From Takakia lepidozioides (Eukaryota; Plantae; Bryophyta): 64,000 bases of DNA. This document shows, piece after piece, positions 36,931-54,272 of the stretch. The translations under genes and the position numbers were made by a program. Within the stretch, counting starts at the first letter, position 1; the number at the start of each line of letters is the position of its first letter. The stretch spans positions 26,412,001 to 26,476,000 of the forward strand of contig CM060733.1 in assembly GCA_030704615.1 (NCBI GenBank), read 5' to 3'. Under the pieces are notes generated by a model. That model did no database searches. It was not told the origin of the DNA and worked only from the letters and a program-made list of their open reading frames with translations.

Positions 36931-37510
36931 GGGAGAGGGGGCATCATCTGCTCCTGCTCAGGACGTGATACCTGCGTCTGGCCTGGGCAAATCCCCTCTC
37001 AATGGAGGGGAAAGCGATCCCTCCTCTTCCGCTTCCCCTGAGTTTGAAAAATCGGACATCAACTGGAAGCATGTCAGGGCTTCTACGAAGACCAAGCTTT
37101 CCTGCCTTCCCTAGATTACCTGCAGGGGCGTTGAGGAGTTCAATCTCCACATTCTAGTCCCGTAAATTCGGAGCTCCTCCTTGCTCTAGGATCTATTCAG
37201 ACTCTTAGCTTTATGCCTCGTAGTCTGTTGTGTATCTAACCTAGAATGAATCACTAGGTTGTATTACCCTTGTTAGAGTCTTTTGGTCCAGGTCTCTTCA
37301 TGGACAGACTCTTTTGCTTAGCTCTGCTAGTCGTCTTCTTGCTTAGCTTTGGTAATCGTCTTGCTCTTCGGGGTATCCGTCACGAACATCGTGTGTTAAG
37401 CCTTATGGCGGCCACGTGCCAACTAAGGGTTTTAATTTTTTTCCCTTCAATAATCATAATAAAATTAAGCTCCAGGGCCACCCGGCGACCCCCGTTAACC
37501 AAAATAAGAT

Positions 37511-37533
37511 ATAATAATAATAATAATAATAAT
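37511..37533 (+). repeat. (AAT)n microsatellite
   Basis: About 7 tandem AAT units. Confidence 0.8.
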
Positions 37534-38354
37534 CAATAGCTGATAATGATGTAGATTGAAGAGACTCGTATTTCCGGTATGCCGAGCCGTCCCCAAACCT
37601 AAACGTAACACGAGGCTACATGCTAGCTAGCTGTGGTTCTGTCGAACCTCGGTGAACGAAGCAAAATTACGACTGGGCACCTGCCGAACCTTCGTTGAGT
37701 GTAAAAGAGCTCTCAAGTGGGCGAGTGGGGGCATGAGCATCCCGAGTAAGACTTGTGTCAGTCAGGAATCTCTGCTTTCCAACAATGGATTTGTGAAGGA
37801 TACAAGATAAGAAGCCGATAGCTGCAAAACGATTTCAGTTTGCCAAGGCGTCTAACGGTAGTTGAGAGTAGTGAATGCTGTCGATGCTCAGAAGTCGCTA
37901 TCTGTCGAAAGACTGGATTCGAGATGTTGTGGTGACTGAGTTTCTCCCTGGTAGTGTTCCTTTTGATCGAGGTTTCTTCTTTTGAGGATCTTCAGGTTGT
38001 TTGAGTGTTGGGTTCGATTCTTCGATCAAGGCCTGTGCTAAGCTATTTGTTGTACTGCGCTTTTCCGCATACGCCTGCCTTTAGAGGCTAGGGAAGATTT
38101 GTTCGGGTGTTTGTGGGAGGGAGAAGAGAGAGGGGCAGTCTGAATCTTCTAGAGAAATTTGTGGGAATCCGCAGCTCCAAGGGGCCAATCCACTTTGTTT
38201 CTTCAGGAGATATAACCTGGAAGGTTGGCCAGAGAGCCAGCGATCATCGTTGGCAAACTTCATTTGTCACAGATAAAAACTGATCATTGGAGGGGTTCCT
38301 ATCTAAGGCCTCGAGAAGCATATGATAGATTGTCTTTGATATTTAGCACCAACG

Positions 38355-39758
38355 ATGCAGTCATTGCAGCAGCAAGCAACAACCCGGAGTGGGGTGACGC
38401 AGGAAGATGCATTTGCAATCGACGAAGTCAACATGTACCAGAGGCTGGGCCAAGACGCCTTTGTCAAACTTTCTACCAACTTCTATACCAGGTGAGTTCC
38501 TCTCTATTCCTGTCTCATACCCCGTATTTCTCATATGCACTCATTTTGTCAGCAGGGGTTTGAAGTTCTTGATTTGATCATCAATCTGATGCGTCACTTC
38601 CTTTCCCTCAACTGAAAGGGGGATTGGCCAAAGAATTATGATTCTGTCATCGAGGTTTGCACGCCATTGTAACTGCCCGTGTGACATGATATGTAGGGTT
38701 TATGACGATGATCAGCTGTGGTTTCGGTCCATTTTTGCCAATTCCAAAATAGAGGACGCCATTCAAAACCAATACGAGTTCTTTATTCAGCGGATGGGGG
38801 GGCCACAATTGTATTCGCAAAGGAAAGGTGAATTTATTCTATTTAAGTCTTGTCAGGTTAAGCCTTGTGGTGCTCCTTTTGTTGCCGAGACATTATGACA
38901 CTCTCTGCTGGAGGTTATATGATGCTTGCTAGCATGTTTGAACACACTGACAACTTGAGACAGTTTAATGAACTGCTGGTTGAAAACCAGAAGACCAGCT
39001 CCAGGAGGGTGATCATCCGAGGTTACAGTGCCAATGAGAACACGTCTAGCAAATGTTCTCAGAAAGTATTCTATGATTATCTCTGAGTTATACTTGACCA
39101 CGATTACTACTGATCATGCAGGCCATCCAGCATTGATTGGGAGGCATGGTCCATATGCAGTCACAGAGCGGGCTGCTGAGCGCTGGCTGGAGCATATGCA
39201 AGCTGCCTTTAATGCCACTCCTGAAATTGACCCCGACTCAAGGACACGCATGTTTAACTTCCTCAAGTATACATACTATTCCTCTATTTTGCTTTCCCTT
39301 CATTTGAAATTTGAGTGACTTTCTCTACCAAGATATTTTTGATCCTGTGTCTGATTGCACATGTAGTTTTCTTAAAAGCATACAAATGTCTAATGTGCCC
39401 AGGTGCTGGTGAGTATTTTTACACAATGATTGGCATTGTATTTGTGCTTTGTGCTGGTAGGTCCTACGACTCTCGTCCCCCCTCTCCATGTGAACGAGTC
39501 CACAACCCCAAGGCTAGAGCGAGCAAAGTATTGAGTCTACAAGTGACACAATTTCAAACTACATAAGGATCACTATAGTCTTCTCACTGAATGTCTTGAG
39601 TGTAGACATGTTTGTTGGCAGTTTTTTCTATCCACTTTTTCCTATGTTTTGACAAGCAGAATAAAAGTTTTCTTCCTGGTTGGGACAGGCACACAGCCTT
39701 CTTCCTGGTGGCTGGCAAGGAGTTGATGAATGCACGACGCAACCAGGGTGGGGCCTAA
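38355..39758 (+). CDS. GLB3: Truncated (2/2) haemoglobin
   Basis: Exons 38355-38491, 38697-38827, 39122-39266, 39689-39758: MQSLQ...[13 protein letters not shown]...[30 protein letters not shown]...HTAFFLVAG. Confidence 0.93.
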
Positions 39759-40663
39759 TAGCATCCTTCACTCTTCCATTATTTCTTCTTGCAATCTTTC
39801 CATTTAGCTGCTGCAGCCGGATACATTTGGAAGAATGGTGCTTGGGATTTCCTTGTTGTACTATGTACGAAGTGCAGTGGCTTCAAGATGACAACAGACA
39901 TTTGTGGGTGGAACCTTTTGTGATGACTTGGATTTGGTAAATCATCCCAGTCATCCAACATTTATGTTTCAGACAGCAATTTGCAGTCCCTAGTTCAGGC
40001 CAAAACATTCTTACCAACATTGAGTTCATTAAATTCTTTGCAAGTATTCTTTTGTTAACCATGGTGTGGGCCTGTAGCACCAAATTGTTTTTTTCAACTG
40101 CTCTCAAGTATCAAGTTGCGGAACTGATGTCCAGGCACTTTCCAACCATCGATCTGAAAATGTTTCCTCACATAATTAAAGCGAAACCAAGTCTACAGAG
40201 AGGTAGATATGGACAGCAGTCCCACTTGGAGCACTAGCCAAGTCTACAGAGGGGTAGCCTGGAATACAATTTCAATGGCACAAAATGAACTCATGAAATC
40301 TTCCAGTCTGAAACATTATTTATGTTATGTGTTATGTACATTCGTAATTTTCCAGAAGGACTCACTTCCAGGTCCAAGGTATAAACATGCTTCACAATTT
40401 CTACAAATGATACAACACTCCATGAACTTTTGTTCTAGCAAGTGATTTGCCATCGCATACATAACTTGCCAACCGTGAAAATGTTTCTCGAAGTCGGGCG
40501 TCCGTGCGCGGGGCCCACCGGTCAGCTAGGGCGTGCACCATAACATCCCAATTATTGTAAAATGAGAGGCCTTATTAATTGCTAGAGACTGCCTAGTTGC
40601 AAACTATTTCTATAAGAAAATGTGGATCTCCCAACTAAAATCCAGACAATACTCCCAGCCATT

Positions 40664-43178
40664 CTAGGTAAAAACTGAATGAGAACCTGCAGCCTTCTCC
40701 AAAAAACTCTCAGCAATTGCAGCCAACATAGCTGCCCCATGTGGCAAAGCCCCTTCATCCACCTGGAAATGTGGTGAGTGGCCTCCGTGCACTGACCCCA
40801 ATATGTCATTCATGATGCCAACATAAAAGTAAGCACCAGGTATATGCTGCAGGTAGAAGGCAAAGTCTTCAGCTCCCATCACTGGCTGGGCTGACACTAC
40901 ATTTTGCTCTCCCACCATGTCTACCGCAAGTTGATGCACAAGCTGGTACTCCACCTCCGTGCTAGCAAGTGCAGGGTAGAAGGGGTGTGCATCCTCCATG
41001 AAATCCACACTGCCTTCACACCTATAAACTGCTGCCTGGTCCTCTATCACCTGAGCAACCAAAATTTCAATCAGTAAACTTGTAAGCAGAGCCTTCTTGT
41101 TTGGCATCCTAAAAACAGTACAGTTGCTGGGTGTTAGGGACCTTGTAGGATTCCAGACACACACAGCTGCATGTGTGCCTGCTGGTGGCAAGGACCATAC
41201 TACTGCAAAGTGGGAGGCAGTATGTGTGAACCTCTTGAATTCGTTTCTTGAGCCTGTAAAAGCTTTGACTTGTCAATGTACGGAAAGTGCCTCCAATTGT
41301 AGCCATATTTGGAATCACATTGAATGCATCCCCGCCATGGAAGTTGGTCACTGACACCACCTGCGAGCAGAATACCCACTTATAAACCAGCTACATCCTT
41401 CATGGTACTACAACAAAGACTACACAAGTGGCAGTGACCATACAACCTGCCTCAAGACACCAGCCTAACAATCAATTTCAGTAGGTCTCACTTGCCGTAA
41501 GGCGATTGATCCACAGCTTTCTCCAGAAAAGACCTCTGATTCGTGCAGCTGTTTCTGTGGAGAAAGCACATGACGGAAGTTGCAGAGACCTGCTGAAAAT
41601 AGAGGAGAGATGAATGGCAGTGGAGCTTCAGACCTGGGAATCCAGAGGGTTGGCTTCACGAGACACAAGCTGTTGCAAGCTTAGCACTACAGCAGCTGCA
41701 GCCACAATGGGGTCAATGGTTAAGTGAGGAAGGGCAGCATGGCCGCCCTGCCCTTGTATGCGGGCCTTGAAAAAGCCACTTTGTGCCATCAATGGACCTG
41801 ACTTGGCAGAAAATTTCCCTGTAGGTAACTGGGGATTGACATGCAGCCCAAAGATGGCACTGGCATCACCCAGTGCACCTTCCTCCACCATTCTCTTTGC
41901 ACCGGCCCCACCTTCCTCAGCTGGCTGGAAGAGCAGCCGCACTGTGCCCTGACTACCACCAGACCATATGAAAATAAGTCACCACTGGCCAAGCACCTAA
42001 ACACACTAGCACAAGCACACAGACTTTCACTGGCATATAGTGCAGAGGAAGGAGGGCATGCAAACACACACCTGTAAGGAGTCCTGGTGCTCCTGAAGCA
42101 GACGGGCAGCGCCAAGGAGCATGGCAACGTGAGCATCATGGCCACATGCATGCATCTTGCCCACCTCCTTGCTGGCGTGCTCCCATTCCACTGCTTCCTG
42201 CTCCATCCCCATGCACACTCTGCCCTGTCACAGTTGCCTTGAGAGAACCTCCGTGCATCCCTCCTTAACGAATTTTCTCTCTTCCCTGTATACCAGATAC
42301 ATACATTTTCAGTCCTCCAACTTTCCACCATTGGCATAAGTTGGAGAATATCTGCCTTCAGTTGTGTCTTTTCTAAGACAGTCTCAGACGCTTATAAAAC
42401 CCAAAGACTGCCCAATTGGCATGACTAATATCAATCACTGGACAAGCTCGTCTTTTGTCCTGTCTCCATCTAACCCAAAAGATGTAGATTTCAGTGAACA
42501 TCTATGTCAACATAATGCCAGCCTGTTGCAATAATTGCTACGGCAGGCCTCCTCCACAAACAAGCCATTCAATCGCATGAATTGCCTGCCCTGCCCTCTC
42601 TCAAAATCATGAGGGAACACCCCACTCTTTTACCGAGTCCTCTATGTCTAAGGTGCATATCGTAGTCTAGCGTCCTCTCCCCACATACCAAGCACGAAGC
42701 TCTCCAAATTACAGGCCCTCGGCACAAGCAGCCAGGCGGAGCCCAAGTCCTGAAGATGCAAGAAGAGAGAGAAAGAAAGAGAGGCTTACATGGATGGGTA
42801 GAGCGTCCATATCTGCACGAAGAGCCACGGTAGGGGCGAGCCGCTACCGATCGTGGCAACCACGCCCGTGACAGCCACAGGCCACTGGTAGCTCACCTCC
42901 AACCTATCCAGCTCCGCACGAATGAACTTGCTGGTCTCGTACTCTTGCCATGAAAGCTCCGGGTGCGCATGCAGCTGCCGCCTCACGCGTTGCATCCACT
43001 CCACCATCTCCGAGCTGTTGGCAGCCCTCAGCATCTCCCTCGCCCAACCCACCTCCTCCACACGCCGCTGCCCTTCCGCCACGCCAAATCCTCGCACACC
43101 AGCCCCCCCATCCGACACCATGGAACCCACCCTGCACGATTCCTCCATCGCGTCCTCCATCGCCCAGCCTCTGCCTGC

Positions 43179-43211
<33 letters not shown>

Positions 43212-43220
43212 CACCGCCAT
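40664..43220 (-). CDS. IAA-amino acid hydrolase ILR1-like (peptidase M20); one apparent 1-nt frameshift at ~42835
   Basis: Signal peptide with poly-Leu, [18 protein letters not shown] (after frameshift), [41 protein letters not shown]. Confidence 0.92.
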
Positions 43221-43495
43221 CGCCAGCACCAAGACTAAATCACCTTCTCAAGATCTCCAGTAAAAGGGAGAACTGTTAGGGATTCTCCCTTTCTCCGAAA
43301 AAATGTGAAGGAAAGAGTAATAATAACAAAACGTAAAGAAAATTGAAGAGGCTTGGGAGGGAGAACCGAAGGAGGAGGAGGTGCAAAGGAGGAGGGAGGT
43401 GATGAGAAGCAAGGCATCGAGTGTAGGGAGATGGGGTTTTGGAATGTGAGTCTGTAGGTATACATGGGAGTTGGGTTTTTGTTAGAGAGGAAGTT

Positions 43496-46501
<3,006 letters not shown>

Positions 46502-48483
46502 CAGGTATGTCACCAAAGATGCAAGTAGCCTCTTACAAAGAATGTACTCATACCATATCCTGCTAACATTGACTTGCCATAGCCTTATGGCCATTGACCC
46601 CGCAAGAGGCTAACTCTCCTGGAGCCTGTCTCTTACGAAGAGAGAGAGAATGAATATACTCAGATGTTGCGTAGTGGTGGCCATAGACTCCATGCCCAGT
46701 TTGGGCAGAAAAGAGAGATAGAATGTACTCATAAGACGTTGTTTGCTGTAGCCTTGTGGCCATAGACCCCGCGCCCAGTTTGGACGGAACAAAAGGGAAT
46801 AGATGCTATCTTTGGGAGGGGCACAGATACCTCTATCAATGTTAGAATTTCGCTACTGCCACTTGACTTTATGCTTCTTTTCAGAGCCTCAGTGGAGATT
46901 TGGCGTTATAGGTTTGCGAGCAATGAGTTGTGCAAAGTCAAGCAGCAGCTGATGGGCCTAAGGATGGGAGTGCTTGAGAGCCCGCAGCCTGGATGTTACA
47001 ACTTGGGCCTACTCACAATATTTGGGCAGCTGTGCACTGAAACTGGATTGGCATCTTGTTACCAGAGCAACACTGGAGTAGTTGGACTGGCTTTGACAAG
47101 TGAAGGAAAACCTTGTAGGGTGGGCTCTAAACTACAACTCAGCAATGTAAAAAACGGATCCACAGGAGCATGCAGTAGTGCTCCTCACAATAGGGAGGCA
47201 AAAATTCCCCACACAAGTTTTCTTGGCATCTGTGTCCAGTTTTCCATCGTGGTGCGATCACTTCAGAATTCACTTTATACCGGAAACTCTGTCATTGTGG
47301 CACTGGAGTCCGCTCCTGGCCTGCAAAGAGGGATCACTTTACAGCGAAGGAACTCACCCTGGCAGAAAGTGATGTAGTATTTTGGGTTGGGCTTCATCAA
47401 TTTTCCAGGCAAGGCTTGTCTGTAGTCACAAAATTACTGAAAATGGAATTTCTCAGGCACGGTAGCTTGCAAGTTGTGTGAGGTTCAGAAACTCATGCAA
47501 CTTAATCTCTAATCCCACATCCAAAGTGCACTGCAAATTCCTAGCATGGATCAAGTGCATAAGCCTGCATTGTGGTGTGCTTTCTTTATCAGCAGCAATT
47601 GTAAACTTCCTAAAACAGACTGCATGATGGAGGATTAACCAAGCCAAAACAGATTGGTGCTATGGGACGGAGCAGGCTAATTTGATCTTTAGAGCGTCCT
47701 CTGCTCAACAATCTCAACAATCCATGGACAGCCACCTCCAACCGATGCACCATAGGCAGTTTTATGATTGTATCAAACATACCATTCGATTCTCGCGAAA
47801 CAGTCGAAGTAGTTTGCATGAAATGGTTTCGAGCGAGTTACTGATGAGCATACGACATATGAGGAAGGAGATCACCTAGATAGTGGGATGCCTTGGGAGC
47901 CATAGCTTTTGAAAGACGTAAGTAACAACTATGGATGAATACCCACATCAATCAGACATAAAATTGGTAGGTGTACAGTATACGGTCCCACATTTGCAGT
48001 TGGGTTCCCCCTTCTCTCTCGCTTCTTTCTCACTTCTTCCTATGCTCTCATCAGTGGATCCCTCCGTCGCACTCACTTGGATTTCTTTGCATCCTTCCGT
48101 GTGAAATGCCCTTGCATACATGCGTACACGAACCGAACTCTCATGTTATTTGATCTGATCTGTTGAAGTGAGGAATCTCTTTTCTGCGAGTGCAGATGAC
48201 AACTGGGGAGAAACAAGCAGTTTTTTCCTTTGCCCTTGCTTTTGATGGGTATCTCGTTTTTGCAGGAAAGGTTTTAGAGAGATTGGCAGAGGATATTGAT
48301 TTTTTTCAGTTGTGGGTTGGTGATCGTGCGCCCTGAGTGAAATGGCAGTGCTGTCTAAAAGAAATTGTCAAAGCTTGCATACTACTTGGCGTGGTTGTTG
48401 CAGGATCTGGTTTGCAAGGCTTTAGCTGGGTTGCGAATTTCTTTTCGTGGGGCTGACTGCCGGGAGGAAGGAGAGGGATTAAG

Positions 48484-51400
48484 ATGAGGGATTTAAAGAT
48501 GGCCGGAGCAATGATGGACTCGTTATTTCAGAGGAGCTTGGACGATCTGGTGAAGGGGTTGCGACTCCAGATGATAGGAGAGGCGCGCTATCTGGCGAAA
48601 TCTCTGGAGGAAATTCGTAAGGAGATCAAATCCACCGATGCGCAAACCAAAGTGGTGGCGCTCCAAAAGCTGACCTACCTGCATATGTTGCAAGGATCGG
48701 ACATGGCATGGGCGTCGTTCCATGTGGTGGAGGTCATGACTATGTCGAAATTCGCTTACAAGAAAATAGGTTATCTTGCCGCCTCCCAGAGCTTTCATGA
48801 GGGCACAGATGTGCTGCTTCTCATCACCAATCTCTTGAGGAAAGACATGGGTAGTAAGAATGAGTATGAGGCCGGAGTGGCCATCGAATGCTTGTCTCGA
48901 ATTGCGAACCCAGACATTGCGAGCGCCTTGACGCCCGAGGTCTTCACCATGATGACAAGTGGGCGCGTGTATGTGAGGAAAAAGGCCACCTTGGTCTTGC
49001 TAAGAGTGTTTTCAAAGTACCCAGATGCCATTCGCGTTGCTTTCAAGCGACTGGTCGAGAAGCTGGACGATTCTGATTCCCAGGTGGTATGCGCTGCAGT
49101 TAGTGTCTTGTGTGAATTGGCGTTGAAGGACCCCAGGTCGTATCTGCCTCTGGCCCCTGAGTTTTACAGGCTTTTAGAAAGCTCCACCAACAATTGGCTG
49201 TCAATTAAGCTTGTGAAGATTTTCGGTGCACTGGCACCAGTAGAGCCTCGGCTGGGTCGTAAGATTGCAGGACCGTTGTGTGAGCATATGAGGAAGACAC
49301 ATGCCAAGTCACTACTGTTTGAGTGCATCCACACAGTGACAGTGGGGTTGGCAGACCATGCAGGAGCGGTGAAGCTGGTTGTAGAGAAACTGAGGGAGTT
49401 AATGATACAAGGGGATCCCAATCTCAAGTATCTGGGATTGCGGGCACTTGCTGCGCTGATGCCTGTACATCCATGGGCTGTGGCAGACAATAAGGAGGTG
49501 ATAGTTAAGTGCCTCAGTGATGGAGATCCCAGTATTCAGAGGGGGGCACTCTGTCTGATCATGGGTATGGTTTCTGAGAGCAATGTGGCAGAGACAGTGC
49601 AGGTCAGTATATATGGTACATATCCTTCAATTTTTCCACAGTTATGATGCATGTATTTATGCTAACAGTCTGAAAAATTCACTTGCCCATCCAGGTTCGG
49701 TAAGAGTACCCTAATTATGCATGTACACTGTGGACCCTTCCTTAAGGCACTGGTGCATGCGTGGTGCACGTTTAACTAGACTGATCAGTTTGCGATTTAA
49801 ATGCTGGTGCAGGTTCTATTGCAATATTCACACTCGACAGACCCAAGCTTTTGCAATGAACTCGTCTCTTGCATTCTTACCACCTGTGGTCGGGCACAGT
49901 ATGAGCTGATTTCAGACTTTCCCTGGTATATCTCAGTGCTTGCAGAGATTGCTCAGATCCCTAATTGTGAACATGGGGAGGAGGTTGGCCGCCAACTGAT
50001 GGACATAGCATTGAGGGTAAAATCGGTGAGGAGTGACATAGTGAAAGCTACGAGGGACCTACTAGTGGACCCAGCTCTTCTGGACCGTGCTGCACTGCAG
50101 GGTGTGCTATGTGCTGCAGCATGGTTAGTTGGGGAGTATGTGGAGTTGGCGCCATTTGGTGCGTATGAGTTGCTTGAGGCCCTGCTTCAGCCACGCACAC
50201 AGTTGCTGCCCTCTGCAGTGCGTGCTGTCTATCTTCAAGCGGTATTCAAGGTCTTTGTCTTCTTTGCATCTGCTTGCTACCAAAAGTCCAGCACAGACAA
50301 CAGAAATGTAGAATCACAAACTATCCATTCTGGCATGGCACATGAGCAGGAGGACCTGGGCCTTCAAGTTGGAAGAGATAGTGAAGGTCATGGCATACCA
50401 GCCTTGGGAGTATCATACAATGTTGCAGTGGAGCTAGTCAAAGATAACGTGGGACCTCTGGTCAATAGTGTTGAGGTGGAGGTCCAGGAGAGGGCTTGCA
50501 ACCTTCTCGGGCTGTTGCAGGTACTTGACGATGGAAAGGCTGGTGATCAGCACAGACAGAAGACCATTCAAGCATTGGAGGCATTACAAGCTGTGTTTGG
50601 TATAGAACTGGGGCCTGTGTCTGTGCATGCACAGGGGAGAGTGGCGGTGCCTGAGGGACTCGTTCTTGTTGAGAATTTGGATGCCCTAGGCCCTATCAGA
50701 GACAGTGGTGAGGTGTCAATTGAGACTGGGAAGGAGAGGCCCAGTGGCACCTTTTGTGAATGGGAGGATGGGTTTAGCTTTTCGCAGCGCAGCAAGGAGA
50801 ATCCTTCTGTTGTAGATGAAAGTGTATCTCTCTTGGCAGAGCACCGGCATCGCCATGAGAGCTACTATTTGCCCACTGATGCTGTGTCCCATGATTATCC
50901 ACCTCCTCATATTGCATCAACAAACACTGCTGCTGTATCGACAGTCAGAGCTGCAGCTACCTCTACCAATTCATCAATGCTGACTGAAAACTCATCACTT
51001 TGGACTAAGCCTCGGCAAGCAAAGGCACGCCGTCCAGTGGTGGTGAAACTTGATGATGAGGATAATCTTCCTCGGTCATCAGTGCCTTTGACGAAGAAAG
51101 GTCTCAAGGATGAATTTGTGTCGAGTGCGATTCGTGATGTGCTTGCAAGTGACGGATTAATGCATAGAGTTGGGGTGGATGTGTCTGAAACTGGCCGCCT
51201 TGCGTCCTCATCTTCCAGGCGGCACCGCCACAGTCAACGCCAAACAAAGCGCCTTGGGAATGGAATGAGGCAGGAGGAGAACAGCATTATTCAAGCTGTT
51301 GATGTAGGAGTGTCTGAGGGGCAAAGCACACAGGAAGGTCATTTGGATGAAATTAACAGACAGGTCTCAGAGGTCAGCCATAAAGCACAAAGCAGGAGCC

Positions 51401-51621
51401 TGAGCAAACACAGGGCTTCGAAGCATGAAATATTAGTACTAGAGAGAGGACAGTCAAGCATTAGTGAAGAAGAAGGAGAGGGCACGTTCGAATTGAAGGC
51501 TCAAGTCAGGCCTTCAGGGAAGCAGAAACAGCGGCATTCTCAACGGCACCACCGGCATCATGCAAGAAGCCCTGCTTCAAACCCCGCTATTGCAACTCCT
51601 ATTCCTGATTTTCTTCTCTAG
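48484..51621 (+). CDS. AP-3 complex subunit delta, 2 exons (48484-49602, 49813-51621)
   Basis: MDSLFQRSLDDLVKGLR...KKIGYLAASQSF...NNWLSIKLVKIF...DPNLKYLGL...EVQERACN. Confidence 0.93.
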
Positions 51622-53684
51622 ATTCTTATGGCAGGAGACTTTTGGAGCTATCCTAGGAAAACATGTGGATTCCTGAATGGTGCCCATCCATGGTGTCTGT
51701 GAGTGGCATCAAAGCTTCTTGTGCAAGTCTTCATGTCACCTGTAGTGACTACCCTGTTGAGCTGCGGAAGGAAATTGTAAGGAAGGTGCGGCAACTCAAA
51801 TGTGGCAGAGGTTCCCGTATTCAAATGTCATCTGTGCTGTAAATTTTAGACAGGACATGCAGGCAGAACTGGACATTCTTGAAACTTTAGTTTTCGCTGA
51901 TGTGATGGCATTTTCACAGACACGGTGCATGTGCTGCCAGCTAGCTGGCATGAAGGTGAGCTGCACGGTAACCATTGTGGACTCTACTTGATGTCCATTG
52001 ATTAATGAGACACATGTAAAAAGATCAAGAAAGAATGGGACTGAAAACTAGTGTGTGATGGCTGGCTTATGGTGTATGAATGCTTTTAGTACCACATTTT
52101 ATACCTCTTTGCTTTTTGATAGAAGCTGATGATGTTTCTGTTATACCTTCCCTTTCTACTGCAAGACTGGAAAATGAGTGTCCCCAGGACCCTGTTCTTC
52201 CTGTGTAGGTTGTGTGGAGGAATGTTGTCAAGAAGTCCAATCCATCCTCCCAAGAGTGAAAGCGTGCATTAAAGTGATTGGCCACTGCAGCTGTACAAGA
52301 TCTAGCACTTGTTAGGTACTATTCCTTCTTTTACCAATTCAATGTTTTGGAGGGTCTTCTTCCTCCTCTTGTACAGATAGGTTTAATTGTGTTCTGTCCT
52401 GGGTTTCCATAGTAACTTAGCACGGTTGTATAAAAATAGCGGTGGGTTGGTTGTTTGCTCTGCTGCAACACAGATGTATGGCAGACGATGGACTTACGAC
52501 TGATGCTGAGAGGGAACCCGTGCTCTCGAAAGGGTGCAAATATCAGTTCATTGCAGAGCAAGCGATTATTTCTCAATGGGAAATCTCGATGATGATGTGT
52601 GCTGTTATGGAGCTTCTGGAGTTTGTGAAATAATGAATGTTGATGTTGAACAGTCTGCAAGGTGGTACTTAGTGCTGGGTGCTATAGTAGCAGAAGCTTG
52701 CAACACGGGGTATCATTTAGGAGTTCTTTTCTTTCTAGACCTGTGCATCTTGAAGGAAAAATAGCTCACCATCCCAACCGCTTACTTGGGGCATACAGCC
52801 CTTCTTTGGAAACTCTAGAGGTATCTTTATCTGGTGAGTACCATTATCAGCCCTATAGTGGGTCGTTATCCACAATTTCCGAAACATGGAGATATCATTT
52901 TCCAACAAATTGGTTAAAACGGTAAAACAGCGGCTGGGGACACCAGGAACATTTCTGATGTCCGAATCTCTTAAGTTACTGGGTGCATGTCAATTTTGTA
53001 CTGTCAAACCACCAGAGATGAATCTTGAAGCGGGAGATGCAATAGGGAATGGAATTTTCACCGGCTTTTACAGGTGGTAAGAGGAATGTGAACCGAGGTA
53101 CGGTGGGCAAGGTAGACGGGGTGTCAGTGATTGTCACAGAAGTCCCTGTAAAAGATGGTGAAAATCCCATTCACTTGCATAAAAGATATGGATGGATTCA
53201 GAATGTGTGTAGAATTTCCACTTACATGTTCCTAGAAAGAAGCCACCTCTAGTTACCAATCCTATGTTTGTGTGGTGTTTGAGTTACTATGAATGGCCAG
53301 CAATTGTCATACAGGGAAGCATTCCGTATATAATTGCCTGGTTACTCCAGATCTGACATAAGTGTGGTTTATGCTCTCTCTTTTTGTCCCACTGCAGCTA
53401 GGTGTAATATTTGGGATTTCGCAATTCAGAAAAGCAATTCACATTCTTTCTTGGGGTGTAGAGCTTGATTTTTCATTTGTTGGAATAGGCTGCTGGGCTT
53501 CCATATGTTGAGCATATGGTTGTTGAGCCATATTCTCAAACCCTTGACGCCCATCCTACGCCCATCCTCGTGCTCCCGCTCTCGCAAGTAGCATACTATT
53601 TGACTATGGCCTATATACTATGGACTCTGGTCATGGACTTGAATGTGCAGTGGTATTAGAGGAAATGGGGTTGTTCGTACGTAC

Positions 53685-54272
53685 CAGTGTTGGTTCGGTA
53701 TGTACAAAAATCCGGGTATCAACCCGGTTATGCACCCAGGTATGGAAGCCCCTATCAGAAGGTTCCAGATAGGTCGGAAATCCGTCTTGCAACCTACCAT
53801 GATTAGGGTTTCGGGGAGCGCGATACCCTAGCGGACTGGTCGTTGTTACTTGTTTCGTTGCTGGTATTGCCGTTCAGGTATCAATGCGCGTGGCCTAGAG
53901 ATGGCTATATCCATATTGATTCCTTGGATTGCAACCCATGAGATCGGTAGAGTGGTCTTTTCTAAAGTAGTGAGATTGTACCTCATTATATAATAAGCAT
54001 GTGAATTTGCATGCTACGATTAGTGTGTGCTTCTTTTTGAAATGTATTTTTTTAATACTTTACCCGAAGTTGATATCAGCAGGTATCAAGGTTTTCATAC
54101 CATTGTTGATACTAGGTCTGCAAATGTGAAATGCTGGCATTATTGATACCCTACAAGTACCAAAATCTGGGTTCTTCTTTAATATTGCATGCCCTTGTTT
54201 GGGACATTTCTAAACTTTTATACTACCAGGACCCTCCTGGTATCTCCAAAACATGATAACAGACCAACACTG
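53685..54272. mobile_element. hAT-type MITE, 588 bp
   Basis: 10-bp TIR CAGTGTTGGT; 8-bp TSD GTACGTAC/GTATATAC (differs only at the central CG/TA); GGTAT/ATACC subterminal repeats. Confidence 0.6.

Noticed and set aside
46871-47377. 168-aa ORF downstream of TGS1
   Set aside because: No recognisable motif; likely 3' UTR or intergenic sequence.
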